Made by a program: the position numbers and the translations under genes. A stretch of 64,000 nucleotides of DNA, taken from assembly GCA_043732485.1 (NCBI GenBank), contig JAYTHP010000141.1, positions 462 through 64,461 of the forward strand, read 5' to 3'. The DNA comes from Oligoflexia bacterium (GTDB lineage Bacteria; Bdellovibrionota; UBA1018). Below the pieces are notes generated by a model. The model searched no databases and was not told the origin of the DNA. It was given only the letters and a program-made list of their open reading frames with translations. Below are positions 49,545 to 59,336 of this stretch, one piece after another; the first letter of the stretch is position 1, and each line of letters begins with the position of its first letter.

Positions 49545-51352
49545 ACGTTGGTGATTTTCGATTGTAAACTACCTAACTCATCGGACCAAATTTCTGAGTC
49601 TTGGGAAGAATTATCCTCAAATTTCCCCCAGTTAAAAATCGGGAGGCCCTCTTCGTCTTTTTGGGTGGGGCGATAGACTTCAGTTTCCGTGTGTTTAGCG
49701 TGTGCCTTATCAGAGGGTTTTTTAAAAATACTCTCGCCCAAGGTGCTATAAATATCGGCGCCTAACGCCTGGAGATTGTTCCAGGTGGCAATCCATTGAC
49801 TCATCAAATAGCGATTGATAAAACCCAGTTCGTGGTTAATCCGCTGCACCAGCGAGCGCCTGGCATCAGGAATTTCCTTGAGAAAGCCTTGCAGCATGGA
49901 AAGCATCGCCGCTTGAATCTGATGCTCCTGCTCCACCTCGCGCTTGGAGTTCAAGCCCTGGCCGTGGTATTGCTTGACCATCCGTAACAGCTCTTGGGTC
50001 GATTTTTCTTCATCCAGCAGCAAGTTGATCTCTTGTTGGGCGTTAAAAAACAACGAGGACTTGACCCATTCGGTGGTAATTTTTAAGGGTACGCCATTTT
50101 TCTTTTTCTCGAGCATCGCAATGACTTTGCTATAAAGATCCTCATCTTGGCCGGTCTTGCGATACCTGCTATACCACTGATACAGCCACTGGTAAGCCGG
50201 GTCATAGGTCTTGCGAAAGAACTTAATCACTTCTTGAGCGTGCGCATACTGACAGTTCTCAAAAAGCGCAATAGCGCCGATCATCGGTGCATCCACCGCA
50301 AAGGTGTTATTCAATTCTCCAAACATCATGTTGTCTGCGGCGCTCACGGCGCCTACATAATTTTTCATGAGTAGAGTCGACCAGCCTAGGCCAATCAGCG
50401 AATCAATGTAATGGTTGGAGTCTCGTGCTATTTTCTTAAACTCTTTTTCTGCAGCGCCAAAGTTGCCCTGATTATAATAGCTACGCGCCATGTTGAGTTG
50501 CAATTGATCGCGGTGTTGGTTCAAGGAGCTAGGAAGATGCTTATTTTTCAAGAAAGTTTGCGTGAGATTAATCACATCTAAGTCGTTGCCCTTAAGCGCC
50601 GCTAAATTGATGCTGCTAAACATCATGTGCAACGGGCTACTCTCCAACAGGTGCATCCCAGCCTTGACGTCGGCACTGGGTCCTGCTTCGGCATACTTAG
50701 CGTGCACAATCGAGGTGCCTGCTTCCCAGATCTGGTTGCGCTGGGTGGGCCAAAGACCATTGATATTGGTATTGGCAAAAGCGGTGGTCAGCTGGGGTGG
50801 CAACTTCAGCGTCGAGTACTTCCGGTGCACTTGATTCAAGCAACCCAAGGCGGCAAGCCTAATACCATCAATTTCTGGCTGCGGCGGCTTATTGGCTATG
50901 GCATTGAGCCCACGGTAGGCGAAATGCCAAATCCCTAAATCCAGATAGGCCTTATAAACCACGTAGAGCGCGAGGTTTTTTACCTCCTCCGTCTGCGGTG
51001 CCCCTTGCACGCGGTAGCCTTGGACCAGGTTTTGCAAAATCTCCTCTTGACTCTCACCCGAGCGCGTCAAGCGCTCAATAATCCGAGCAGGCACGTTGCG
51101 ACCAAACTTCCAAGACTCCTGGCGCGTGCAGGCTGCTGAAGCCCAGGAAAAAGGCGCCCGACTCACGGGCGCGGCCTGCGCAAGCGACGACACCGAGCAC
51201 AATAACGACACTACCGAAAAAAACAAGCCTGCGCGACCTTGACTCCAAAGACTGGGACGGACCCAGAGGCGATCAATCATCAGGCTGATTGCCTTAGTCC
51301 CTGCGCAAGACTTTAAAAACAAAGGGGTAAGTAACCGCAACATGAACGCCAC
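49523..51352 (-). CDS. hypothetical secreted protein (possibly TPR/helical repeat)
   Basis: 609-aa ORF with hydrophobic N-terminus, rich in helix-forming residues; no motif recognised. Confidence 0.5.
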   Translation of the reverse strand: MAFMLRLLTPLFLKSCAGTKAISLMIDRLWVRPSLWSQGRAGLFFSVVSLLCSVSSLAQAAPVSRAPFSWASAACTRQESWKFGRNVPARIIERLTRSGESQEEILQNLVQGYRVQGAPQTEEVKNLALYVVYKAYLDLGIWHFAYRGLNAIANKPPQPEIDGIRLAALGCLNQVHRKYSTLKLPPQLTTAFANTNINGLWPTQRNQIWEAGTSIVHAKYAEAGPSADVKAGMHLLESSPLHMMFSSINLAALKGNDLDVINLTQTFLKNKHLPSSLNQHRDQLQLNMARSYYNQGNFGAAEKEFKKIARDSNHYIDSLIGLGWSTLLMKNYVGAVSAADNMMFGELNNTFAVDAPMIGAIALFENCQYAHAQEVIKFFRKTYDPAYQWLYQWYSRYRKTGQDEDLYSKVIAMLEKKKNGVPLKITTEWVKSSLFFNAQQEINLLLDEEKSTQELLRMVKQYHGQGLNSKREVEQEHQIQAAMLSMLQGFLKEIPDARRSLVQRINHELGFINRYLMSQWIATWNNLQALGADIYSTLGESIFKKPSDKAHAKHTETEVYRPTQKDEEGLPIFNWGKFEDNSSQDSEIWSDELGSLQSKITNVCGKKAK

Positions 51353-53204
51353 CTTTCGGACGAGGGAATTGTAATTCCTTCAATTTTCCTAAAATACACT
51401 GCTCTAAGTCGCTATTGTTCAGCGTCGAGGACTCCACCCGGGCTGACTCCACGCGCCCTTGCGGATTAATGCTAAAGTGCGCCAACAACTTGCCACTGGC
51501 ATCAGGCGTCGAGGCCATCGCGCGGTCCTGGCAAAAGCGGATCTCAGTGCGGTGCGCATGGATCACCTTCCCTACTTCACTTTGCGACAAGCCTTGATCA
51601 ACTTCCACTTCGCTACCTGCCACCTCGACAAAGCCCGACCCGCCGCCTGCAGCGGAGATCTTGTTGCCACTGCCTTCGCCGTAACCCACGCCTCCTACCT
51701 GATCGCCAACCTTGATCTTTGATCCTGCCGTAGCATAGCCATGATAGGAAGGACCCACCTGAGTGGTGCCTAAGTTCTCACCCGCCCGACTGCGAATGTC
51801 AGGAGCCCCAGAATCGCTGATGACAGGCGCACTCGACGAGCTGGTTTCCCCAAAGCTCTTGGTATTGCCCAGCATAGCGCGCATTTTTCGCAAGGTCTCG
51901 CTACTCTTTTGCTTAGCCGCTTCCTCCGGGCTTTGCCTTGAAGCTCCTGAAGCCTTGCTAGGTCCAGTCTTAGCTTCCGTCGTGGCCTTTCTTTGTGCCT
52001 GCTTTGAGGAGGTGCTGAGCTTGGCCTCAAACTTGCCAGGCGCCGTCTTCCTGGTCTCAGGTTTTCTCGAGGCCTCAGCTTTTTTAGTAGGAGCCGCAGG
52101 TTCCGGTTTCTTATTGGCGACCGGCGCCTCGGGCTTGCGCTTCAGCTCAGGCGTCTTTTTAGGCTCGGTCTTGGTGACCGGGGTCGGGGCAGCCTTAGTC
52201 TTGGCTTCAAACTGAGGCTCAGGCTTAGGCTCAACTGGCTTGGGCGGCTCGATTTTTTTCGGCTTGGGCTCAGGTGGCTTGGTCGGCTCAGGCACCGGCA
52301 CCGGCACAATGCGCTTGGGCTCTTTTCTCGTTAAAGGCTTAAGCGGCTTCAAGGTGACGGCTAAGACTTTTTCAGGCTTCTCCACTTCCACTTTCGGCTC
52401 AGCCGCAGGCGTCCAGGGGAAAAAAAGCACCTTGACCCCAAAACTTAAGAACAACCCTAGCGCAAGCAACAAGGCAATCAGGCGTTTGCGTTGCCGCTCC
52501 TCGAGATCCTCACTGCGCGTGAGGCCCAGCAGCGGTAATTGCGCTAAATCAGCGTTTTTTAGTAACTTAAAGCGCCACCAACGATTGGCCCGTGCCACCG
52601 TGCAGTGAGTGAGCTCATGCGGCGTGAGCTTCCAGGTATCCCCGACGTTGCCTAACAGCGATTTTTGATGCCGTAACTTGAGATGCACTCCAGGCAACAA
52701 CACCTGTACAGAGTAATGCTCGGCGCTCTTTTGCAAGATAAAGACCGGATTTTTTCGAGTATAAGCCACGAATTCATTTTGCACCTGAACGGAATCCGTC
52801 AGCGAGCGACCCGATCCCGAGAAAGCAAACAGCGCTAGATCTCGCACCCCACTTAAATCGGGTGCGTCGTGCAACTCCAAATAGGCAGGCGAAATGGCAC
52901 TCAGCCTGCGCACCCCGATCTTTAAATCGCTAAAAGGATGCTGCCAGATTGCCTCCTGATGATCGTGGCAATCCAGCTTAAAGGTCCTAGGGAGGCTGGC
53001 TTCCGCTGCCGACCTAGCAGACGAGCGCTTCGCCGTCTCAGGGTCATCCGCCACACCGCAGTTGCGCAAATAGACGCTCCCATCAGCCTGCTCCAGCAAC
53101 CATTGGAAGCGATAATCCACCGCCATCGGTTGGGTCGCATCCCAGATCTGGGTACGCTTAAAGGTCGGGAAATAGGTGGTAACTTGATATTTTTCAGCTT
53201 TCAT
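51294..53204 (-). CDS. TonB-like protein with Pro/Lys/Glu-rich linker and AgmX/PglI-type C-terminal domain
   Basis: single TM (LIALLLALGLFLSFGVKVLFF), long PEPTKPPEPKPKKIEPPKPVEPKPEP linker, C-terminus ...CILGKLKELQFPRPKGGVHVAVTYPFVFKV typical of AgmX/PglI C-terminal domain. Confidence 0.65.
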   Translation of the reverse strand: MKAEKYQVTTYFPTFKRTQIWDATQPMAVDYRFQWLLEQADGSVYLRNCGVADDPETAKRSSARSAAEASLPRTFKLDCHDHQEAIWQHPFSDLKIGVRRLSAISPAYLELHDAPDLSGVRDLALFAFSGSGRSLTDSVQVQNEFVAYTRKNPVFILQKSAEHYSVQVLLPGVHLKLRHQKSLLGNVGDTWKLTPHELTHCTVARANRWWRFKLLKNADLAQLPLLGLTRSEDLEERQRKRLIALLLALGLFLSFGVKVLFFPWTPAAEPKVEVEKPEKVLAVTLKPLKPLTRKEPKRIVPVPVPEPTKPPEPKPKKIEPPKPVEPKPEPQFEAKTKAAPTPVTKTEPKKTPELKRKPEAPVANKKPEPAAPTKKAEASRKPETRKTAPGKFEAKLSTSSKQAQRKATTEAKTGPSKASGASRQSPEEAAKQKSSETLRKMRAMLGNTKSFGETSSSSAPVISDSGAPDIRSRAGENLGTTQVGPSYHGYATAGSKIKVGDQVGGVGYGEGSGNKISAAGGGSGFVEVAGSEVEVDQGLSQSEVGKVIHAHRTEIRFCQDRAMASTPDASGKLLAHFSINPQGRVESARVESSTLNNSDLEQCILGKLKELQFPRPKGGVHVAVTYPFVFKVLRRD

Positions 53205-53881
53205 TGAAAAGATCCTAATTTTCTTATGTCGACTCCCATTTCAGGATAGAAGTTCTTCCGCTTACGAAACAGATGCTTATCTGCCTTCTGGTCTTCTTTC
53301 CCTAACTCAAGCAAAGAATCGTAAGGGTTGCGGTTATCAAAGCCCTCAATCAACTCATCATCAAAATTTAAATCCTTCTTGCGTGGCATCCCGGCCCCCT
53401 TTGCTCCCGCCTTCCAAGGCGCAGTCTGCACGCCTTGCAAATCAATCGGCGGAGGTGTGGGAGGCTCGTTAGGGTTGGCGTTCATCTCCTCTACGGCCCC
53501 AGGAACCAGTGGCAAGGCCGCTTGCGCAGCCGGCTGCTTGCTTGCAGCCACCACAGGCTTTGCGACGCGCGCGGCCACCGGAGCATTTGCCGCAGCCAGC
53601 CGCCCTTCGCCAAGCCAACTGACTGCAAGCAACGTCAATCCAGTCACGGTAGTCAAATCTATGACTCCGCAAAAAAAAGAAGCGATCACGTGAGAAACGG
53701 GTCTGAGCTTAAGAGCGTGAGAGGGTCTCACCTGCGGCCCAAGCGGGCGGCGGCAAAGGGAGCTTTGAGGCCTTGCTCGCGTGAGTGACTTACGGGTTGT
53801 CTGATCGATCATGCGCAACGCCTCCTGCTTTTCATCCTGACTTTTTAACTTTTCCTGCATGCATGCTTGCTTGCCTTCCAC
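53201..53881 (-). CDS. hypothetical protein (TM segment, Ala/Pro-rich), ATGA-coupled to downstream TonB-like gene
   Basis: 226-aa ORF with 4-bp overlap to 51294-53204. Confidence 0.4.
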   Translation of the reverse strand: MEGKQACMQEKLKSQDEKQEALRMIDQTTRKSLTRARPQSSLCRRPLGPQVRPSHALKLRPVSHVIASFFCGVIDLTTVTGLTLLAVSWLGEGRLAAANAPVAARVAKPVVAASKQPAAQAALPLVPGAVEEMNANPNEPPTPPPIDLQGVQTAPWKAGAKGAGMPRKKDLNFDDELIEGFDNRNPYDSLLELGKEDQKADKHLFRKRKNFYPEMGVDIRKLGSFQ

Positions 53882-53961
53882 CCTTGAGTTCTACCGCTAT
53901 TCTCAAATATTTTTTTTCAGCAAAAACCAATTTTTCAAAACCCCACTTTGCCCAGCAATCG

Positions 53962-56900
53962 TTACTCTTCCTCGCTGGGTCCACCTTGCACCGGGCTCTG
54001 TAAGGAAGTCCCAGCCCAGGCTGAAGCATTCTTAATCTCCGCAGCATCCTGCGGGTCAAGGGCCTTGGTAAGATGAACGTCGTGCAAAAACTGAACCACC
54101 TTCTCCTTGTTCCTGACTCCGTAAAATCCGCGAATCAACGCTGAACTGATCTGACTCTTCTGGTCGTCCGTTTCCACCGTCAGCTTGCCTTGAAACTCCT
54201 TCAGCCCCTCAGCTGCCGCCCCCACAAAAATCAGTAACCCACCGCGCGCTAGACTCTGCTCGCGCTCACCTAACCATTTTTGATCAGACGCCGCTTGAAT
54301 CAGATACTGCACCTGTCCCAGCAGACCCTGATCCGCCGCTCGCACCAAAGCGTCGCGCCAGGGGCGGGGTCCATGGAGGGTGGCAAAAAACTTGCCGTGC
54401 AAGAGTGGCGGACTCTCACCAACGTGCTGAAAGCGCACCATCACCTGATCTGGACTCATCAGACTGTCTGCGTCAGATTCCCCAAACAGGCGGAGGTAAT
54501 CTTCTGCTTCAATTCCTGAATTTCTTGCAAGCTCCAGCGCCTGTTTCTTGAACTCTTCCGTTTTCTTTTGAAACGGAGCGCGGGCCTCCTCTACGCTCTT
54601 TTTGTAAACCACAAGGTCGTCTTTTGAGAGACCCTCAGGCTGTGGCAGCGCAGAAAAATCGTGGGCAAAGACCCCATACAAATTAGACCACTCGGCAAGC
54701 GCTAAGACCCGGAAGCGGGTCCACGGCATCTTGACTATCTGCTGTAGAACTTTTTCCATCTGCTCGATGAAATGCACGCGCTTTTCAATGGCGTGGCCAT
54801 CCAGCGCAATAGGCGAGCTGCGCCGCACTTCTAAGGCCGCAAGCCTGAGACCCATCGACAAGGAGCGCGCCAGCACGTGCAGCAGGGGCAACTGAAACAA
54901 AGGATCCAGTCCGCCAAAAGAGCTCGCCACGGTTTGCAGCAACTTCAAGCGGTGCCCAAAATCGATCCGACTGGCAGTCGCTAGCGCCAGGATCGCTCGC
55001 AGCGCCTTTTGCGCGCTGTCGCCTTGCTCCAAATCTCTGTCGGCATTATCAGCCACCTTTTTACCACCCCCACTTAAGCGCAACTTGAGCAGTAGGTGGT
55101 AGTTCTCACAAAAATTTGATCCTGGGCCGCAAACCTTAGGGTCAGCAAGCACGCTACTGAGTAATCCCGTATCTCCCGACAGGTAGGCAAACAAGACGCT
55201 CTTTTTGCGCATCTCTGGCGAGGGAGGCCCTTGCCGCTGCAAGCCTAAATAGTTTTGATAATCCCGCGCCGCCTTGCCAAAATCAAACTCCTCTTCTTCC
55301 AGCGAACCGCGAGTGAGCAGCAACTGGAGGTTCATATCCAAGTCCATGCCCCCTTGCGGGATTTTCTGGAAATAGCTGATAGCCAGCTTGCGGTCTTTCA
55401 TCCCCAAGGCGGCATTAGCCCCTAGCGTACAGACCTTAGCCTTGAGCTGATTGGCGGCTAACTGATCCGCAGGCGTCGCCTCCACTACTCCACCCACCAC
55501 CTTGTCAAAGGCATCTACCCGCTTCAAGACGTCCACATACTGCGCCTTGCTAAAAAGGGTTTCAGTGATCTTAAAGTAACTAAATTGCCGGGTTTTTTTC
55601 AGGGCCTTGAGCAACTCGGGCAACTTATCGCCCTTCAGCTGACCATTGCCTAAAATGTGGCCTGTAAATTGGAACACCTCAGGCCAGCGCTCACTCACGA
55701 CATAGGTGTCAACGACTAAGGAAATCGACGCCACCACGTCCTTGCTCGTAGGCCCATGATCAATATCCTTTTGCACGCGCTGGATCGCCTCAAGCACGGC
55801 GCCTTGAGAGTAAAGTAGCCGATTCGCCTGCGAGCGCAAGTCCTCAATCGCCAGCCGGTCTTTGGGATTATGACACTCATCGACAAACCTCAGCCACTTG
55901 CGCAAATCCGCGGCCAACTCCGGGGGATGAGCCGGGATCGGCGCCACCTTGAGATTCTTGGGAAAAAGACCACGCGCCTGCAGCACTTCATACAAAATCG
56001 TCGCCGATTGCAGACGGGCAGCCTCAATCAGCCCAGAGTTAACAGCCGTCTGCTGGGTATGCTCGACGATCCAACGGTACTGGGCAATGGAGGCGTCATA
56101 ACTTTTAATCAAGTACAACGCCTCAGCCAGGTTAAAGCGCACTCCGATTTCTGCGGGCGTTTTATCGTGAATTTTGAGCAACAACACGTCAACCGAGATC
56201 AGCACGCTTGCCAAACTGGTGACACGCTCGGAGCCTTTGGCAGCCGTCACCGCTTTTTGCAGCCTTGAGGCAGCGTCCGTCAAACTTTTAGTCGCGGGAT
56301 TAAGGCTAAACCCAAGTTTTTGTAAAGCCGCCAGTTGCTGAATCGATTGGTAGAGTTTCGGGAATCCGCCCTCTGCGGTCTCAGCTTCCATCGAAAATTG
56401 AATAAAGTCGACCAAATCGTTTTTATCTAAATTGCTCTGATACACGAGCTCCTTGAGCGTCTCAAGCTCATCACTTAGTCCCGAACCCCGCAGCAATTTA
56501 CCAAAATACTTTAGCGCCTTAATCGTCGTCTTCCTGGCGTTTAGCTGCTCAACAAAAGGGATCAGGCGATCAATCGTGTAATCAGGCAGCCTACTGCGAT
56601 GGCCTGTGAAGTAAAACAGCACACAGTTCAGATACAACTTTTCTAAATCGCCAGCGTCCCGCTCCACCTTGTTCAGCTGCGGGGTCACGGTATAAGCAAT
56701 TTCCCGCTTCATCGTGGCAATGGCTTCGTTAATTTTGTTAAAATAGAAGTAATCAAACGCCAGGCGATCGAGATAGAGCGGATAGTAGGGATCTGAGGGC
56801 TTGACTTGATAGGCCAGCAGGTAATCAATGGCCGCTTGGTATTGTTTTTCTTTCACCAGCAGGTCGTTTAAGCTAAATTCAGCGTTGGACAAGTCGGAGC

Positions 56901-57387
56901 TTTTTTTGAAGTTTTGGACAAAATACTTAAAATCAGCAATCGCTTGATCCGATTTCTCTAGCTCGGCGTAGGACTTGCCCCGCAAAAAAATCATGCGTCC
57001 CACTTCTGGCACCTGCGAATACTCTTTTGCAAAACGGGTCACTAAATCGACCACCACACCAAGCGATTTCTTATACTCCAAGCCAGAGGCCGCAGCTTCC
57101 GCAGGGCTTCGATGATTGTCGTGCGCCAGCCGGAAGAGCACAGCGTCCATGCGGTAGTAATTCTCAATGATCTGCGAGCGAATGTTGACGTCGTCTTCGC
57201 GCGACCGCTTGTTCACCGCAATCACTTCTAATTGCCTGATGGCACCGCGGTAAAAACTAATCGCCTTTAAATCCTTGGCAACCGCTTGCAAAGCAGAAGT
57301 ACTGGCACTTGCTGCCACCTCAAGACTGTCCCCTAGGCCATGAGTGAGTATCAGCAAAAAAAGGAGGATCCCACGAAAACCCTTCAT
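53962..57387 (-). CDS. large secreted tetratricopeptide-repeat protein (1141 aa)
   Basis: signal peptide MKGFRGILLFLLILTHGLG; recurrent TPR-like helical repeats with A/Y/L signature positions throughout. Confidence 0.7.
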   Translation of the reverse strand: MKGFRGILLFLLILTHGLGDSLEVAASASTSALQAVAKDLKAISFYRGAIRQLEVIAVNKRSREDDVNIRSQIIENYYRMDAVLFRLAHDNHRSPAEAAASGLEYKKSLGVVVDLVTRFAKEYSQVPEVGRMIFLRGKSYAELEKSDQAIADFKYFVQNFKKSSDLSNAEFSLNDLLVKEKQYQAAIDYLLAYQVKPSDPYYPLYLDRLAFDYFYFNKINEAIATMKREIAYTVTPQLNKVERDAGDLEKLYLNCVLFYFTGHRSRLPDYTIDRLIPFVEQLNARKTTIKALKYFGKLLRGSGLSDELETLKELVYQSNLDKNDLVDFIQFSMEAETAEGGFPKLYQSIQQLAALQKLGFSLNPATKSLTDAASRLQKAVTAAKGSERVTSLASVLISVDVLLLKIHDKTPAEIGVRFNLAEALYLIKSYDASIAQYRWIVEHTQQTAVNSGLIEAARLQSATILYEVLQARGLFPKNLKVAPIPAHPPELAADLRKWLRFVDECHNPKDRLAIEDLRSQANRLLYSQGAVLEAIQRVQKDIDHGPTSKDVVASISLVVDTYVVSERWPEVFQFTGHILGNGQLKGDKLPELLKALKKTRQFSYFKITETLFSKAQYVDVLKRVDAFDKVVGGVVEATPADQLAANQLKAKVCTLGANAALGMKDRKLAISYFQKIPQGGMDLDMNLQLLLTRGSLEEEEFDFGKAARDYQNYLGLQRQGPPSPEMRKKSVLFAYLSGDTGLLSSVLADPKVCGPGSNFCENYHLLLKLRLSGGGKKVADNADRDLEQGDSAQKALRAILALATASRIDFGHRLKLLQTVASSFGGLDPLFQLPLLHVLARSLSMGLRLAALEVRRSSPIALDGHAIEKRVHFIEQMEKVLQQIVKMPWTRFRVLALAEWSNLYGVFAHDFSALPQPEGLSKDDLVVYKKSVEEARAPFQKKTEEFKKQALELARNSGIEAEDYLRLFGESDADSLMSPDQVMVRFQHVGESPPLLHGKFFATLHGPRPWRDALVRAADQGLLGQVQYLIQAASDQKWLGEREQSLARGGLLIFVGAAAEGLKEFQGKLTVETDDQKSQISSALIRGFYGVRNKEKVVQFLHDVHLTKALDPQDAAEIKNASAWAGTSLQSPVQGGPSEEE

Positions 57388-57872
57388 TTGTTATCAACCA
57401 CCACCAGCCTGAAATCCTCAAAGCCGTTAAGGCTTGCTGAAGCGAGAATTTTCTTCAAGGTGGCAAAAGGGGTCTTCTCATCTGCAAGCACCATCAGTTG
57501 ATTGAGTGATCCCGCACCAGGAGCTTGAGCGCGGCTCTTGCGCAAAAAGGTCTGATTCAGATTTCTGGGGGTGCCGTTGGCTTCAATGTCCAGTACGTCA
57601 AATTTGAAATGCGTCAACTCGCTGACGACCTTATCGTCCAGCAGGATGACGTTTTCTGCAATCTCAAGCTTCAGGGTATCGACAATAGCCACCGAAGATT
57701 CTGAGATCGGTAGCTGGATACTGTTATGAGGGGCAATTTTGTTCACTTCGGTAGCAAAACTTTTCAACAAAAAGACCAAAAGGATTGTGAAAATGTCTGC
57801 CATCGAGGTAATCTGTAACGCCACTTCGGTGATAGGAACCAACTTTTTCTTGCCAAATCGTTTTTTCTTCAC
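57384..57872 (-). CDS. ExbD/TolR/AglS-family biopolymer transport protein
   Basis: N-terminal TM ITSMADIFTILLVFLL typical of ExbD/TolR; ~160 aa; ATGA overlap with neighbours. Confidence 0.75.
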   Translation of the reverse strand: MKKKRFGKKKLVPITEVALQITSMADIFTILLVFLLKSFATEVNKIAPHNSIQLPISESSVAIVDTLKLEIAENVILLDDKVVSELTHFKFDVLDIEANGTPRNLNQTFLRKSRAQAPGAGSLNQLMVLADEKTPFATLKKILASASLNGFEDFRLVVVDNK

Positions 57873-58354
57873 TTTAAGCCTGTATTTTCCGCCGATAATG
57901 CGGCTTGCGTGAGGACCTTTTTACTACTCTCAATCACCATCACCAGCCGCTTATAGTCAATCTCGTCTGCAGCAGCAATCACCAAAGTATCAAGTTTTGG
58001 AAACTGCAGCTTCAACTTCTCAAGCTCAGCGTTCAAGGTGAGCAAATCCCACCCGCCCGTTTCCGCCTGCGCTTCAATTCGCCCAATCACCCGCTCAGAG
58101 GTCTCATTACTCAAGTCCATCGAATTGTTTTGATGTAAACTGAGCTTAATCTGCGGCGGCGCATCGCCGACTAAAGTGGTTTTCACCGGTTCCGCATCCT
58201 TAGCGTCCTGCGGCACCACCACTTCCAGCATCCCTAAATTAATAAAGGAGGCTGAGAGCAACAAATAAGTGATAAGTACGGTAAAGCAATCGATGATCGG
58301 AGCTAAATTGAGTTCAACATCACCACTTTTACTGTCTGAGCCTGAAGATACCAT
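57869..58354 (-). CDS. ExbD/TolR/AglQ-family biopolymer transport protein (second copy)
   Basis: LNLAPIIDCFTVLITYLLL TM motif; ~160 aa. Confidence 0.75.
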   Translation of the reverse strand: MVSSGSDSKSGDVELNLAPIIDCFTVLITYLLLSASFINLGMLEVVVPQDAKDAEPVKTTLVGDAPPQIKLSLHQNNSMDLSNETSERVIGRIEAQAETGGWDLLTLNAELEKLKLQFPKLDTLVIAAADEIDYKRLVMVIESSKKVLTQAALSAENTGLK

Positions 58355-59029
58355 TTAAGTCATCCTTTTTGAGTTGCCCTTGAAAGGTTCAGTTTCTGAC
58401 TGATAATAGCGCTGCTTAATCATATCCATCATGCGAATCGCTGATTGCTCAATGTCCGTGTTCAATCGGTTAGTCTTCGTCATCAAGAAGCTGAAAATCA
58501 CCATACAAGGAATGGCAACTCCTAAGCCCATCATGGTGGCATTCATGGCAGTGGCAATCCCTTCGGCAAGCAAGGCCGAGCGCTGCTGGGCATTGGCCGA
58601 GCCGATTGCCTCAAAGGAGTGAATCAGACCGACAATCGTCCCAAACAACCCTAGAAGGGTCGCCACATTGGCAATCGTTGCAAGATAGGGCGTACGCACG
58701 CTCACTTTAGCGGAGGCTTCACTAGCTGCAAGTTCAAGCCCTTCTTCTAACAAATCTTCCGGCTGATGCGCTCGCAAAAGCGCCTCTTTCACCAAATTGG
58801 CCACAGGCTTCGCTTGATATTGATCACACAAGGATAATGCTTCAGCCAGGCGATCCGTCATCATTAAATCTCGCACCCGGTCAAAAAATTCACGCATATT
58901 GGCAATAGGATAAACCCAAATCAAGGCATTAGAGCGCTCTATGATGATTGCCAGGGCAAAAACCCCTGCAATAATGATCGGCGCCACGTGAAGAAAGTTT
59001 GGTCCTAATAGATCAGTCATCCCCTGCAT
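58355..59029 (-). CDS. MotA/TolQ/ExbB-family proton channel
   Basis: three TM segments; conserved LGLFGTIVGLIHSFEAIG...LAEGIATAMNATMMGLGVAIP block. Confidence 0.8.
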   Translation of the reverse strand: MQGMTDLLGPNFLHVAPIIIAGVFALAIIIERSNALIWVYPIANMREFFDRVRDLMMTDRLAEALSLCDQYQAKPVANLVKEALLRAHQPEDLLEEGLELAASEASAKVSVRTPYLATIANVATLLGLFGTIVGLIHSFEAIGSANAQQRSALLAEGIATAMNATMMGLGVAIPCMVIFSFLMTKTNRLNTDIEQSAIRMMDMIKQRYYQSETEPFKGNSKRMT

Positions 59030-59336
59030 AATTTTAATTCTCCTTTTTTTCTATCCGTAAATTTTTAAACGCCAACCCCGATACTCTAAGGTTAGCCGAT
59101 CTCCTAGACAACATCAAGTTAAGCTATCAGTAAAAATGAATAAATAAATTTTTTTTCGTAATCTTATTTTTTTACTTTTTTATAAATACTAACAACTATT
59201 TTTCATCGCCATTATTCTGACAGTGCAGACCTAAAAAATTTTTACCGCAATCCTAACCAGGCAACCAGACTGCTTCAAACGCGACCAACAAAACTGCCGG
59301 CTAAGAGAACTCACATGCCTAACTCCTGATGATCCC

